64,000 bases of DNA, taken from contig CAUUWX010000002.1 of NCBI GenBank assembly GCA_963549225.1, positions 115,319 to 179,318 of the forward strand, written 5' to 3'. The position numbers were made by a program, and so were the translations under genes. Positions 40,705 through 50,917 of the stretch are shown here, in pieces. The notes under the pieces are model-generated. The model made no database searches, was not told the DNA's origin, and saw only the letters and a list, made by a program, of their open reading frames with translations. Within the stretch, counting starts at the first letter, position 1; each line of letters begins with the position of its first letter. This DNA comes from an uncultured Candidatus Saccharibacteria bacterium (GTDB lineage Bacteria; Patescibacteriota; Saccharimonadia; Saccharimonadales; Saccharimonadaceae).

Positions 40705-41120
40705 AACGCTCCCAAATCTTTTAGTGCTTGTTCAAAGCTTGTCATAGCTCGCCGAAAACTTTGCGCGGTTAGTTTCACTTTAGTCTCGTGGGCAATTTGA
40801 TTGCGCAATTTATGCGCCGCCCACAAACCATTTTCATCCGTCCAATCACCCTTGCGAGCTTTCAGCCTGTCGCCCATTGTCGCGCCCACCACATCGCAGT
40901 CGCGCATGGCTTTGTCGAGCAGCTTGTCGGCTTTGACAATTGCCATCTGCAAGCTGTCCGAGTTACCCGCCTTAGCGCCGCGCTGAATTGCCCGCCAAAC
41001 TTTTTGATACATTTCTCTGTCAAGCTGCTTGTGTCCGCGCGATGTCAATTGGATAAAAACGATCAACAAACCGCCGATTAACAACGCCGCCACTACCAGC
41101 GCAATCAACAAGCCGTCCAT
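40701..41120 (-). CDS. Membrane-anchored helical protein with HEPN-like RNxxxH motif
   Basis: N-terminal TM, ADKLLD, GATMGDRLK, AHKLRNQIAHE. Overlaps gatA stop and gatB start. Confidence 0.75.
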   Translation of the reverse strand: MDGLLIALVVAALLIGGLLIVFIQLTSRGHKQLDREMYQKVWRAIQRGAKAGNSDSLQMAIVKADKLLDKAMRDCDVVGATMGDRLKARKGDWTDENGLWAAHKLRNQIAHETKVKLTAQSFRRAMTSFEQALKDLGAL

Positions 41121-42490
41121 CAGGCAGTCTCCACTTCCGCCGCTAACTTCAGCAAGTTACCGTCCGACTGATAATCACCAATCAACTGCACACCAATCGG
41201 CAAACCTTCATCGCTCGTTCCAGCTGGCACAGAAATCGCTGGCAGACCCGCCAGGCTGGCTGGCACCGTCATGATATCCGCCAGATACATTTTGATCGGA
41301 TCGCTGGTATTTTCGCCAAGCTTGAACGCTGGTGTCGGTGCAGCTGGCATCAACAGTGCGTCGTACTCAGTGAACAACTTTTTGAACTCGTTAATGAGCA
41401 GCGTGCGCGCTTTTTGCGCCTGCATGTAGTAAGCGTCAAAGAAACCGCTCGACAACACGAAACTACCGATCATAATCCGCCGCTTATTCTCCGTCATAAA
41501 ACCTTCGTTACGGCTGCGGCCGTACAATTCCGCCAGCGTTTTCACTTCGGCCGCCCGGTGACCATAACGTACGCCGTCATAGCGCGCCAGATTTGACGAT
41601 AATTCTGCCGGCACAATGATATAGTACATCGCCAGCGAATATTGCATCATATCTAGATCAACTTCTTCAACGTCATAACCAAGTTGTTTCAATTTCTCAG
41701 CATAATCAAGCGTTTTCTGGCGAACTGACGCGTCCACATCGTCAGTCATACATTGCTTGACCAAACCAATCTTTTTCTTAGTAAAACCTGGCTGGTTCCG
41801 CCAAAAGTCAGGCAGCGTTGTCATGTCCTTGTCATCGCGGCCCGCCATGATTTCCATCACCACATTAGCGTCATCAGCGTTCGTGGCAAAACAACCAATC
41901 GTATCCGTACTCGACGCCATGGCCACCACACCGTAACGGCTGACTGCGCCGTAGGTTGGCTTGACACCGACCACGCCGTTAAAGCTGGCAGGCTGACGAA
42001 TTGAACCGCCAGTATCTGTCCCCAGCGCAAACGGCACTACGTCAAGCGCCGTCACCACCGCCGAGCCGCCCGACGAGCCGCCTGCTACTCGAGTTTTATC
42101 TACAGCGTTTTTGGTCGGGCCAAAGGCTGAGTTTTCCGTTGAACCACCGTGAGCGAATGCATCCAAATTCGCCTTGCCGATGCAAATCGCACCTTCAGCT
42201 TCTAATTTTCCAACGGCTGTTGCCTGGAGCGGCGCCTCAAAATTCTCGAGCATTTTTGAAGCAGCAGTCGTCGGCGCCCCAAAGGCTAAGAAATTATCTT
42301 TTACCACAAACGGCACGCCAGTCAGCCGCCCAGAAATTTCACCCTGATCAACCTTGGCTGCTCGCTCCAGCGCCCGTTCTTCCGTTAAACTCAACAATGC
42401 GTGATAATCTTCAACTTCGCGCGCTCGCTGCAGTGCTTCTTTAACATTTTCGACTGCGCTCTTTCCGGTAAAATCACTAATCCGACTCAT
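41120..42490 (-). CDS. gatA: Asp/Glu-tRNA amidotransferase subunit A
   Basis: Amidase signature VKDN, GGSSGGS, GTDTGGSIRQPA, SSNLARYDG. Confidence 0.96.
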   Translation of the reverse strand: MSRISDFTGKSAVENVKEALQRAREVEDYHALLSLTEERALERAAKVDQGEISGRLTGVPFVVKDNFLAFGAPTTAASKMLENFEAPLQATAVGKLEAEGAICIGKANLDAFAHGGSTENSAFGPTKNAVDKTRVAGGSSGGSAVVTALDVVPFALGTDTGGSIRQPASFNGVVGVKPTYGAVSRYGVVAMASSTDTIGCFATNADDANVVMEIMAGRDDKDMTTLPDFWRNQPGFTKKKIGLVKQCMTDDVDASVRQKTLDYAEKLKQLGYDVEEVDLDMMQYSLAMYYIIVPAELSSNLARYDGVRYGHRAAEVKTLAELYGRSRNEGFMTENKRRIMIGSFVLSSGFFDAYYMQAQKARTLLINEFKKLFTEYDALLMPAAPTPAFKLGENTSDPIKMYLADIMTVPASLAGLPAISVPAGTSDEGLPIGVQLIGDYQSDGNLLKLAAEVETA

Positions 42491-42777
42491 TACAATACCT
42501 GCGGCACTTTCACTTGATTATTCTGTTTCTCAGGCGCCATCTCAAGCAGCTTTTCTGCAGGAATACCCGGCTGAACCTCATCTTCGCGCCAGACATTCTC
42601 TAGTCCCGTCACTTGGTAAGTTGGCTCCACGCCCGCCGTATCAAGCTCGCCGAGCTGCTCAATATAGCCAATTATATTTTCCAAATCTTGGCGCAGTCCA
42701 TCAACTTCATCATCGGCTAATGCCAGACTACTCAAACTCGCCAGGTGCTGAATATCACTGGTAGAAATAGTTGTCAT
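42490..42777 (-). CDS. gatC: Asp/Glu-tRNA amidotransferase subunit C
   Basis: IQHLASLSSL, ELDTAGVEPT, REDEV, VKVPQVL. Directly upstream of gatA. Confidence 0.92.
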   Translation of the reverse strand: MTTISTSDIQHLASLSSLALADDEVDGLRQDLENIIGYIEQLGELDTAGVEPTYQVTGLENVWREDEVQPGIPAEKLLEMAPEKQNNQVKVPQVL

Positions 42778-42933
42778 ATAGATTATTATATCACTTTGGA
42801 AGCCAACTTAGTACTGAATAAAGCGAGGGTTATGAACAAGACCATCTGCAAACTTAATATCCTTCAGGTAGCAGCCTATTGTGCTGCTAGGCAGTATTTA
42901 TAACCATTTGAACAGACTCTTATATTAGTAAGT

Positions 42934-43755
42934 CTAGTCGCTTACGTAACTTTCAAAACTCTTCTGTAGCCGCAACCTATTAGAGCTACCAGAGTTTACA
43001 CTGCTTCTTGAACTTACTCCGCCATGAAGTTTTACAGCCATAGTGATAGCGCCAGCTAGCAGAACAGCAGCTGAAGCTGCAACCAATACTAATGTCAGAG
43101 TCTTAGAAGTATTCTTGCCTTGAACAATCTTATGGACGAAGAACACCGAAGCTGACACAACTGCCAACGCCAGTAAGTACGGTAAAAACTCGCCAAGATA
43201 CAAACTCTTATAAATTTCACCAGCGCCGCTAACGCCAATGAACAAAAGCGAGTTAACAAGAATACTAGCCAACTTCGCAGCCAACCCAACAGCTGGTAAT
43301 AACAACGCGCCAAGACCACCATAAGTTATTAATTTATAAGCTGTACGATTAGTATAACCCTCACGCTCTGGCACGGTCCTAGAAACTCGCGAAAACAGCA
43401 CAAACGATAAAACTGAGAATAGCAGTGCTAATACAGCCGCCGCCACAATCCCCGTACCCGGCGTTACCATGCTTGGAGATAGATACCCACGCACAAATGA
43501 AGTGGTTACCGACGCAGTACCAGCCCAAAGCCCGAAAACGCTTACTATCGTGTCAATGAGCAAAAAAGCAGCTGCTACAGCCGAACCCATTGCGAAAGCA
43601 TACTCAAATGTCAATAACTTTGACTTGCCCTTATTCGGATCAACGTATGCTGCATATTGCGGATATGCTTGATAGTTTGCCGCTGGCGCCACAGAGGCAG
43701 CTGCTTCTGGCTGTGCGACATTATTTTCTGGCTGTGATTGTTGTTTGGTTGCCAT
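42934..43755 (-). CDS. Multi-pass membrane protein, hypothetical
   Basis: About 5 hydrophobic segments after a Q/P/A-rich N-terminus. SD AGGAGG upstream. Confidence 0.75.
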   Translation of the reverse strand: MATKQQSQPENNVAQPEAAASVAPAANYQAYPQYAAYVDPNKGKSKLLTFEYAFAMGSAVAAAFLLIDTIVSVFGLWAGTASVTTSFVRGYLSPSMVTPGTGIVAAAVLALLFSVLSFVLFSRVSRTVPEREGYTNRTAYKLITYGGLGALLLPAVGLAAKLASILVNSLLFIGVSGAGEIYKSLYLGEFLPYLLALAVVSASVFFVHKIVQGKNTSKTLTLVLVAASAAVLLAGAITMAVKLHGGVSSRSSVNSGSSNRLRLQKSFESYVSD

Positions 43756-43785
43756 AATACCTCCTAATCTAATAATAACTCTATT

Positions 43786-45756
43786 CTACATGGTCTGGCG
43801 AATTTCTGCAATCAAATCCCGCAACTGAGCCGCTTTTTCAAATTCCAGATTGGCGCTATGCAGCTCCATTTGACCAGTCAACTCCTTAATTAGCGTTGGA
43901 TATTCGTCCTTTGGAATCTTCTTTAAATCAAGTTTTGGCTTTTTGTCCGATTCTTTTTGCGGGATAATAGAGCGCAGACCATCGTCAATCTTCTTCTGGA
44001 TGGTTTGCGGCGTGATGCCATGCTCTTCGTTATATTGCTGCTGGATAGCGCGACGACGATTAGTCTCGTCAATCGCTCGCCGCATACTGTCAGTCACATT
44101 GTCGCCATACATCAGCACCCGCCCGTCCACGTGCCGCGCCGCCCGGCCAATCGTCTGAATCAGCGCCTGCTCACTACGCAAGAAGCCTTCTTTATCAGCG
44201 TCCATAATCGCCATCAGGCTCACTTCCGGCAGATCCAGCCCCTCGCGCAGCAGATTAATACCAACCAATACATCGTACGTCCCCAGCCGCAGATCCTTCA
44301 AGATATCGCCGCGCTCCAGCGTATCAATTTCACTGTGTAGATACGCCGTTTTCACGCCATTATCGGTCAAATAAGCGCTCAAATCCTCAGCCATGCGCTT
44401 GGTCAAGGTGGTTACCAGTACGCGGTGGCCGCTGGCGATGGTCTGGCGAATCTCCTCCATCAAATCATCAACCTGCCCGTCAGTCGGCCGCACCGCAATC
44501 GGCGGATCAAGCAGCCCCGTCGGCCGAATCAACTGTTCAGCCGGCTTTGGCGAATGAGCAATTTCATAGTCGCCCGGCGTAGCGGAAACATAAATCGCCT
44601 GGTGAATATGCTGATCAAACTCATCAAACCTCAGTGGACGGTTATCCAGCGCACTTGGCAAACGAAACCCGTGTTCCACCAGCACTTCCTTGCGCGCCCG
44701 GTCGCCGTTATACATACCGCGGACTTGGGGCAGCGTCATGTGTGACTCATCGACCAGCAGCAGCCAATCGTCCGGAAAATAATCAATCAACGTCGCTGGC
44801 TGCTCGCCCGGCTCGCGGTCTGTCAAATAGCGCGAATAATTCTCAATGCCTTTAACAAAGCCAGTTTCTTTGAGCATCTCCAGGTCGTATTTGGTGCGTT
44901 GACTGAGACGCTGTGCCTCGAGTAATTTGTCGTGTGACTCAAACCATTTGAGCCGCTCGTCAAACTCCTTTTCGATGCCAGCGATGGCTTTTTCAATTCG
45001 CTCGCGCGGCGTCGAATAGTGGCTGGACGGGAAAATCGTCAGTTGTTTTGGCTGATCCAAAATCCCGCCCGTCAGCGGATCAATTCGCGTGAGTCTCTCA
45101 ACTTCATCGCCAAAAAATTCTACCCGCACCGCCGTGTCCTGCCCGGCCGGGAAAATATCTACCACATCGCCACGCACCCTGAAAGTCCCGCGCGCGAAAT
45201 CAACATCATTGCGCTTATACTGAATGTCGGTCAGCAAGCGAATAAACTTGTCCTGAACCCGCCGCTCACCGACCGTCAATTGAATGGCCATATCGGCGTA
45301 CGTTTCCGGCGAACCGATACCGTAAATACAAGACACGCTCGCCACGATGATAACGTCGCGTCTCGTTAACAGTGCCGATGTTGCCGCATGCCTGAGCCGA
45401 TCGATCTCATCATTAATCTTCGAATCTTTTTCAATGTAGGTGTCGCTACTGGCGATGTAGGCCTCTGGCTGATAATAATCAAAATAGCTGACGAAATAAT
45501 GCACCTCATTATCCGGAAAAAATTCCTTAAACTCAGAAAACAGCTGCGCTGCCAAGGTCTTGTTATGTGCCAGAACCAACGTCGGCACATTGGCTCGGGC
45601 AATAATATTTGCCATGGTAAATGTTTTGCCCGAACCGGTCACGCCTAGCAGCGTCTGCTCGCGCTCACCCCGCTCCAACCCCGCCATCAACTGAGCAATT
45701 GCCGTCGGCTGATCACCGGTCGGCTGATATTTCGACTTTAAGGTAAATTTGTTCAC
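43786..45756 (-). CDS. uvrB: Excinuclease ABC subunit B
   Basis: [32 protein letters not shown]-terminal UVR domain. Confidence 0.97.
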   Translation of the reverse strand: MNKFTLKSKYQPTGDQPTAIAQLMAGLERGEREQTLLGVTGSGKTFTMANIIARANVPTLVLAHNKTLAAQLFSEFKEFFPDNEVHYFVSYFDYYQPEAYIASSDTYIEKDSKINDEIDRLRHAATSALLTRRDVIIVASVSCIYGIGSPETYADMAIQLTVGERRVQDKFIRLLTDIQYKRNDVDFARGTFRVRGDVVDIFPAGQDTAVRVEFFGDEVERLTRIDPLTGGILDQPKQLTIFPSSHYSTPRERIEKAIAGIEKEFDERLKWFESHDKLLEAQRLSQRTKYDLEMLKETGFVKGIENYSRYLTDREPGEQPATLIDYFPDDWLLLVDESHMTLPQVRGMYNGDRARKEVLVEHGFRLPSALDNRPLRFDEFDQHIHQAIYVSATPGDYEIAHSPKPAEQLIRPTGLLDPPIAVRPTDGQVDDLMEEIRQTIASGHRVLVTTLTKRMAEDLSAYLTDNGVKTAYLHSEIDTLERGDILKDLRLGTYDVLVGINLLREGLDLPEVSLMAIMDADKEGFLRSEQALIQTIGRAARHVDGRVLMYGDNVTDSMRRAIDETNRRRAIQQQYNEEHGITPQTIQKKIDDGLRSIIPQKESDKKPKLDLKKIPKDEYPTLIKELTGQMELHSANLEFEKAAQLRDLIAEIRQTM

Positions 45757-45789
45757 CCTATTATTGTATCACCGACCAGCGCTGATTAT

Positions 45790-46956
45790 CTATCTATAAA
45801 TATCCTGCAAACCCCTGCTTCTGCTGCATGCTGGCCACGGGCTCCAACCGCGCCTTTGGTATAATTTCCAAGCGGCTTCATCTTGTTCAGCCGGCGTGGC
45901 ATTACCGTACTTGCTCGGGTCGGCAACCGACGCCCACGTGCCTCTATTAAACTGATAAGCGCCATAGTAACCATTGCCTGTATTAGACGTATAACTGCCC
46001 TCGCAGCTCCTCAATCGAGCTAAAGCCTCAGCAAAACTACCAGAAAAAGTATTTGAGCTCTTCGCGCCTACAATTTCAATCTGTTTTTTAGGCTCTTTCG
46101 TTGTAACGCTGGCGATTTCCTTGCGGCTTATTTCAATACCATTCTTCATTTCAATCTCGTATGTCGCGTTACGCTTACCTTTCTCGCCAATTTGCTTGAC
46201 TTCCTTATGTCCAATATCTTTATTAGCATCTTGGATTTTTTCAGTCTCAAAATTGACTTCTTCCTCAACAGTAACGGTTTGCTTGCCGTTTCGCCACAAC
46301 TCAATTTTCATACCCTCGGAGATAGCCGTCAGCGCATTTACAGACAGCGTGTCATTCCTGCCAGGTTTAATATTCTTTTCTTTCAGCAAATCGCCAACTG
46401 TCTTCGCATGCGTTCTGATAATAGATTCCTTGCCGTACAAGACAAAATTCACCACCTTTGCCCGTTCAACTTTCATCACCAAACCCGCACCGTCAACCAG
46501 CAAATTATCCGTCTTATTAAGCACAGTTTTATCTTCAGGGTATACTTTCAAACCCGCCGCCTTAGCAATCAAAGCCGGCGTTTGCTGTGCAGTCGTTACT
46601 TTCAAGCGCTTACCGTTATCAACAATCGTAATTGGCCGGGCGCGATAGATATTAATATTATACTTTTCAGCAGCCATGTCCGTATCAAGGCTCGGCTCTA
46701 CTACGTCCTGTTTTTCATTTACCTTAATGTTGGCTGCCTTTAGCGTCTCGCGGATAGTCCTAGCCTTCGTAATAATCGTCCGCCCAGCGCCGCGATCATA
46801 AATATTAACAAGCCTTTCACCAGCTTTGACTACCGGATTATCACTATTAGCGAGCGCTTGATTAACGAAAAGCAAACTACCAAACATAACTGCAAATACA
46901 CCCAGCAGAACAGCGGTGCTTCTATAATGACGTTTTATTAGCGATGCGATACTCAT
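45790..46956 (-). CDS. RpfB-like protein: DUF348 repeats + G5 + Rpf lytic transglycosylase
   Basis: C-terminal LARLRSCEG...NTGNGYYGAYQF...TW...EQD...GWSPWPAC is the Rpf signature. Start at ATG 46956. Confidence 0.88.
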   Translation of the reverse strand: MSIASLIKRHYRSTAVLLGVFAVMFGSLLFVNQALANSDNPVVKAGERLVNIYDRGAGRTIITKARTIRETLKAANIKVNEKQDVVEPSLDTDMAAEKYNINIYRARPITIVDNGKRLKVTTAQQTPALIAKAAGLKVYPEDKTVLNKTDNLLVDGAGLVMKVERAKVVNFVLYGKESIIRTHAKTVGDLLKEKNIKPGRNDTLSVNALTAISEGMKIELWRNGKQTVTVEEEVNFETEKIQDANKDIGHKEVKQIGEKGKRNATYEIEMKNGIEISRKEIASVTTKEPKKQIEIVGAKSSNTFSGSFAEALARLRSCEGSYTSNTGNGYYGAYQFNRGTWASVADPSKYGNATPAEQDEAAWKLYQRRGWSPWPACSRSRGLQDIYR

Positions 46957-46990
46957 AACACTGCACGAACGTACAATCCTTTTTATTATA

Positions 46991-49093
46991 TCAAATTTTC
47001 TCCAAACGTGCAAATTCAACGTTTAATTTTTTAACTGTTCCGTTGTCAAATTTAACAGTCACGCCCAAGCCCTCGCTGTCAATAATTTCACCCGCGCCAA
47101 AGCTTGGGCTGCGCACCCTATCCCCCACTTCCAGTCCAATTTCTTCTGAGTAGAAATCGGCTTCTGCTGGCGGCTGAGCCGGCCTATCAATTCCGCCGAC
47201 CATCAGCCCCATTTCGTCTAAAAACCGCGACGGCATATTATAACCAATTTGTCCAAATTGTGTCCGAGAACTGGCGCAGCTAACAAACAACTCCTCCCTG
47301 GCGCGCGTCACGCCGACATAGCACAGCCGGCGCTCTTCCTCAATATCGTCGGCCTTACCACTATCAAACACTCGCGCGTGCGGTAGAATCCCCTCTTCCA
47401 GACCCGCCAAAAATACTACCGGAAATTCCAATCCCTTAGCCGCATGCAGCGTCATAAGCGTCACCTGTTGCTCCGCCGCTGTATCCGCCGAAGACATTAG
47501 CGCCATTTCTTCCAAAAACGCCGGCACATCAACATAAGCTTTAGCTTCCGCCAGCAACACGCCAATATTTTCCATCCGCTCCTCAGCTTGAGGTGTGCCA
47601 TCATTGATAAAATCCCCATAGCCAGTTCTTTTTATAATTTTTTCAATTAATTCTGCTGGCGAACCGTCTATTTCCTGCTGCAGTTCCTCCAGAATTTTGC
47701 CTAGCTCCAATAAAGGCCGTTTCGCTCGCGCCGTCAAATTATTGGCATCTTCGACAGCCAGCAAGCCGCTGACAATATCCCGCCGCGCCGCATCATTCCA
47801 ATCCAAAAATTTAGCCACGCTCACTGTACCGATACCGCGCTTTGGAACATTGACAATCCTTAAAAAACTAACCCGATCGCTCGGCTGATACAACAATCGA
47901 AGATACGCCAGTACATCCTTAACGACCGCCCGATCTAAAAATCTTAGGCCGCCGACAATTTTATACGGAATATAGCTCTGCCTGAGCGCCCGCTCGATCG
48001 CATAACTCTGCGCATTTGTCCGATATAACACCGCCACATCACCGTACTGGCGGCCATTGGCAATTTGCGCTTGAATCTCATTAGCAATCGCCAGCGACTC
48101 TTCCGACTCGCTATATAATTGCCATAGCTTTGGATCAATGCCATCACCATTTGCCGTCCATAGATTCTTATCCGTCCGATGAATATTATGCTGGATGAGT
48201 GAATTTGCTAAATCTAAAATCGCGCCTGTTGAACGATAATTTTGCTCCAGTTTGACTACGGTTGTCCCCGGAAAATCGCGCTCGAAATTAAGAATATTGG
48301 TATAATCAGCGCCGCGAAAACTATAAATCGACTGCGCATCATCGCCAACTACACACAGGTTACGCCGTTCGTTAACTAATAATTTGATTAGCGCGTACTG
48401 CACAGCATTTGTATCCTGATACTCATCAATTAGAATATACTCAAACTGACGCTGCCACTTCTGGCGAATATCCGACTTGGCTCGCAATAATTCCACGGTT
48501 TTTATTAATAAATCATCGAAGTCGAGCGCTGCCGCCTCTTCCAAGGCTTTTTCATAGGCAAAGAACAACTCAGCAATTTTCTGCTCCCGAGGGCCGCGCG
48601 CTGACATTGAAAAATCTTCCGCGCCGCGCATTTCATTTTTAGCGTTTGAAATAGCCGAAAGCACCGCCCGCGGCTTAATATCTTTATCCGTCAGACCGCG
48701 CGCTTTCATAATCTGCTTCATCAGGCTTACTTGATCGTCAGTGTCGTAAATTAAGAACCGCTTATCCAGCCCAATACTTGCGCCATCCATCCTTAATATC
48801 CGTACACAAATACTATGAAATGTCCCCATCCACGGCATAAATTGACGATTATCAGCCTCCTCATCCAGCAATTGCGCCAATCGCTGCCGCATTTCCTTGG
48901 CGGCTTTGTTAGTAAATGTTACTGCTAAGATTCGGCTAGGAAAAACTTTCAACTCGCCAATCAAATAAGCAATTCTATGCGTTAGCGTCTTTGTTTTTCC
49001 AGAACCAGCGCCCGCCAAAATCAATAGCGGCCCGTCGCCATGCGTCACCGCCCGAGCTTGCTCATCGTTCAAACCATCCGTAAAACTAGTCAT
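46991..49093 (-). CDS. pcrA: ATP-dependent DNA helicase PcrA/UvrD
   Basis: AGAGSGKT, TFTNKAA, DEYQDTN, LEQNYRS, HAAKGLEF, EERRLCYV, C-terminal Tudor-like domain. Confidence 0.95.
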   Translation of the reverse strand: MTSFTDGLNDEQARAVTHGDGPLLILAGAGSGKTKTLTHRIAYLIGELKVFPSRILAVTFTNKAAKEMRQRLAQLLDEEADNRQFMPWMGTFHSICVRILRMDGASIGLDKRFLIYDTDDQVSLMKQIMKARGLTDKDIKPRAVLSAISNAKNEMRGAEDFSMSARGPREQKIAELFFAYEKALEEAAALDFDDLLIKTVELLRAKSDIRQKWQRQFEYILIDEYQDTNAVQYALIKLLVNERRNLCVVGDDAQSIYSFRGADYTNILNFERDFPGTTVVKLEQNYRSTGAILDLANSLIQHNIHRTDKNLWTANGDGIDPKLWQLYSESEESLAIANEIQAQIANGRQYGDVAVLYRTNAQSYAIERALRQSYIPYKIVGGLRFLDRAVVKDVLAYLRLLYQPSDRVSFLRIVNVPKRGIGTVSVAKFLDWNDAARRDIVSGLLAVEDANNLTARAKRPLLELGKILEELQQEIDGSPAELIEKIIKRTGYGDFINDGTPQAEERMENIGVLLAEAKAYVDVPAFLEEMALMSSADTAAEQQVTLMTLHAAKGLEFPVVFLAGLEEGILPHARVFDSGKADDIEEERRLCYVGVTRAREELFVSCASSRTQFGQIGYNMPSRFLDEMGLMVGGIDRPAQPPAEADFYSEEIGLEVGDRVRSPSFGAGEIIDSEGLGVTVKFDNGTVKKLNVEFARLEKI

Positions 49094-49097
49094 GTAT

Positions 49098-50903
49098 CTA
49101 TTTTATCAGCAAAAAGTATGCTGCCGCACCGCCGGCCACACCAATTGCCAAAAATAACAGAATCAGTAGAACTGTCAGCCAGCCAGATTTGCTTTCTTCT
49201 TTAGGGTCAAAATTTTTTGACGTACGGCTTGCTGCATCAAACATAGGCTTAGGCTCAGGTTCAGTTGAATCTTTTTTCGGCGAATGACGCGGCGAAGCAT
49301 CATCGTTATCGCCCGGTTTTTTAGAAGCCCTCTGCTCGGCTGCCTTAATATCATCAACGGCAGCATCAAGGCTAGAAACATCAGCCTCCTCGGCCGCCAT
49401 AACATCCGCGCTAAATTCTGGCGGCAACCCGACATCACCGCCCGGCTCAACTTCATCGTCCGGATCATCCTCTGAAACATCCAACTTACGAGGTGTATAA
49501 TTTGCTAAAGATTTTTTATGGTCATCATTTTTCGCTATTGCAGCGCCTCCGTAATTTGCATCATCAGTAGCGGCGGCTGGCGTACCTAGCGGCCTTTTCT
49601 CGACTTCAACGTTAGAGATAAAAGGCGATACTGGAGCAGTACTTTCGCTTTTACTCTGAACTGACGTTGCTACATCAGGGGAATCGTTTGTTTTACTCTC
49701 TGGGTTTTGCGGCAACACGACGCGTTTTTTCGCTGAACTCAACAAAGACTTTTCAGGATTAGCGAACGTTGATGTATCAACACTACTGCTGCTCTCGCTC
49801 GAATGGATATTATTAAGGTTATTACCCCCTCCTATCATGGACGGGCGGCGGATACCCTTATCTGCCAAATTGGCGCTATCGTCCTTATTCGCCGAATCAG
49901 CTCCAGATTGGTCTCCCAATCCCGCTTTGGATGTATTTGGAGTCATTTTTCGCTGCTGTACTATTTTAGACTTAGACGACGGATGAACGACATCCATAAA
50001 ACGACCATGCGGACGCTTAGCTATCATTGGCGATACATGAACGGTACCACCTTCAGGAGGGGCAGCTGGCGGCGGAGATACGGCCGGCGTAGCTGCTGAT
50101 GCATGGCCACTATGCGAATAAGCCGACGATACCGTAGAGCTAGATGAGCTTGATAGTGGAGCGGACGGCACTGTTGGCGCCGCTGGTTTTAGCTTCTGTG
50201 CAGCTGGTGTTACTTCTGAATCTGGAGAAGATGGCGGAGCCGATGAAACCGAAGCTGGCGAATTTGTCGTTACTACCGGCGCAGTAACTGCTACTGGTGT
50301 CGCTGATGCTGTCGTTGCTGATGGCGTAGTTGAAGTGGAGGGAGCTACTACTGGCGCCGAGGAGGCCGCCGGAGCAGACGAAACAGTTGGCGACTTCACG
50401 TTAGTTGCCGCTGAAGGAACAGGAGGGGCCGAAGGAGTCAAAGATCTTACAGGAACTGACTGCTGGCCTGCAACTGACGCAGCCACTGGAGCAGACGAAG
50501 TTGGCGAAGAGACCGGCACCGAAGGTACTGTTGTAACTTTAACAGCACCAGCTTCTGCTTCAGTATTTGGAGATGGCTTGGGAGCTTCCGTTCCAATCTT
50601 AGCCGCCGGAGCCTCCGCGCTCTGATTGCCAGATGTTTGCATTACAGGCGAGCTATGCGACACACTCACCGGAATGTTACCACCAACATTATTATTGACA
50701 GGGGCAGAGACAGGATCAGTACTAGCGTTCTCAGCAGAAGAGACTGTAGGAATAGCGAATTCAGGGCTGCTTTCATTACCACTAACCAAGCTAATGTCAG
50801 AAGCCGTACTCTCGCCAGCATCTGTCTTATTTTCCGCTGCCCGCTGCTTGCTCATCAAGGAATTTACTGCTTTGTCCAGCTCGTCAAAATCAATATCTGT
50901 CAT
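49098..50903 (-). CDS. Long S/P/A/T-rich disordered protein with C-terminal TM anchor
   Basis: 601 aa. Short ordered islands (DIDFDELDKAVNSLM, GRFMDVVHPS, PFISNVEVEKRPLG) and a hydrophobic C-terminal tail. Confidence 0.8.
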   Translation of the reverse strand: MTDIDFDELDKAVNSLMSKQRAAENKTDAGESTASDISLVSGNESSPEFAIPTVSSAENASTDPVSAPVNNNVGGNIPVSVSHSSPVMQTSGNQSAEAPAAKIGTEAPKPSPNTEAEAGAVKVTTVPSVPVSSPTSSAPVAASVAGQQSVPVRSLTPSAPPVPSAATNVKSPTVSSAPAASSAPVVAPSTSTTPSATTASATPVAVTAPVVTTNSPASVSSAPPSSPDSEVTPAAQKLKPAAPTVPSAPLSSSSSSTVSSAYSHSGHASAATPAVSPPPAAPPEGGTVHVSPMIAKRPHGRFMDVVHPSSKSKIVQQRKMTPNTSKAGLGDQSGADSANKDDSANLADKGIRRPSMIGGGNNLNNIHSSESSSSVDTSTFANPEKSLLSSAKKRVVLPQNPESKTNDSPDVATSVQSKSESTAPVSPFISNVEVEKRPLGTPAAATDDANYGGAAIAKNDDHKKSLANYTPRKLDVSEDDPDDEVEPGGDVGLPPEFSADVMAAEEADVSSLDAAVDDIKAAEQRASKKPGDNDDASPRHSPKKDSTEPEPKPMFDAASRTSKNFDPKEESKSGWLTVLLILLFLAIGVAGGAAAYFLLIK

Positions 50904-50917
50904 ATGCCCCCTATTTT

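Noticed and set aside
50050..50700. Low-complexity region and its plus-strand ORFs
   Set aside because: Explained by the S/P/A/T-rich minus-strand CDS. The antisense ORFs are codon-bias shadows.
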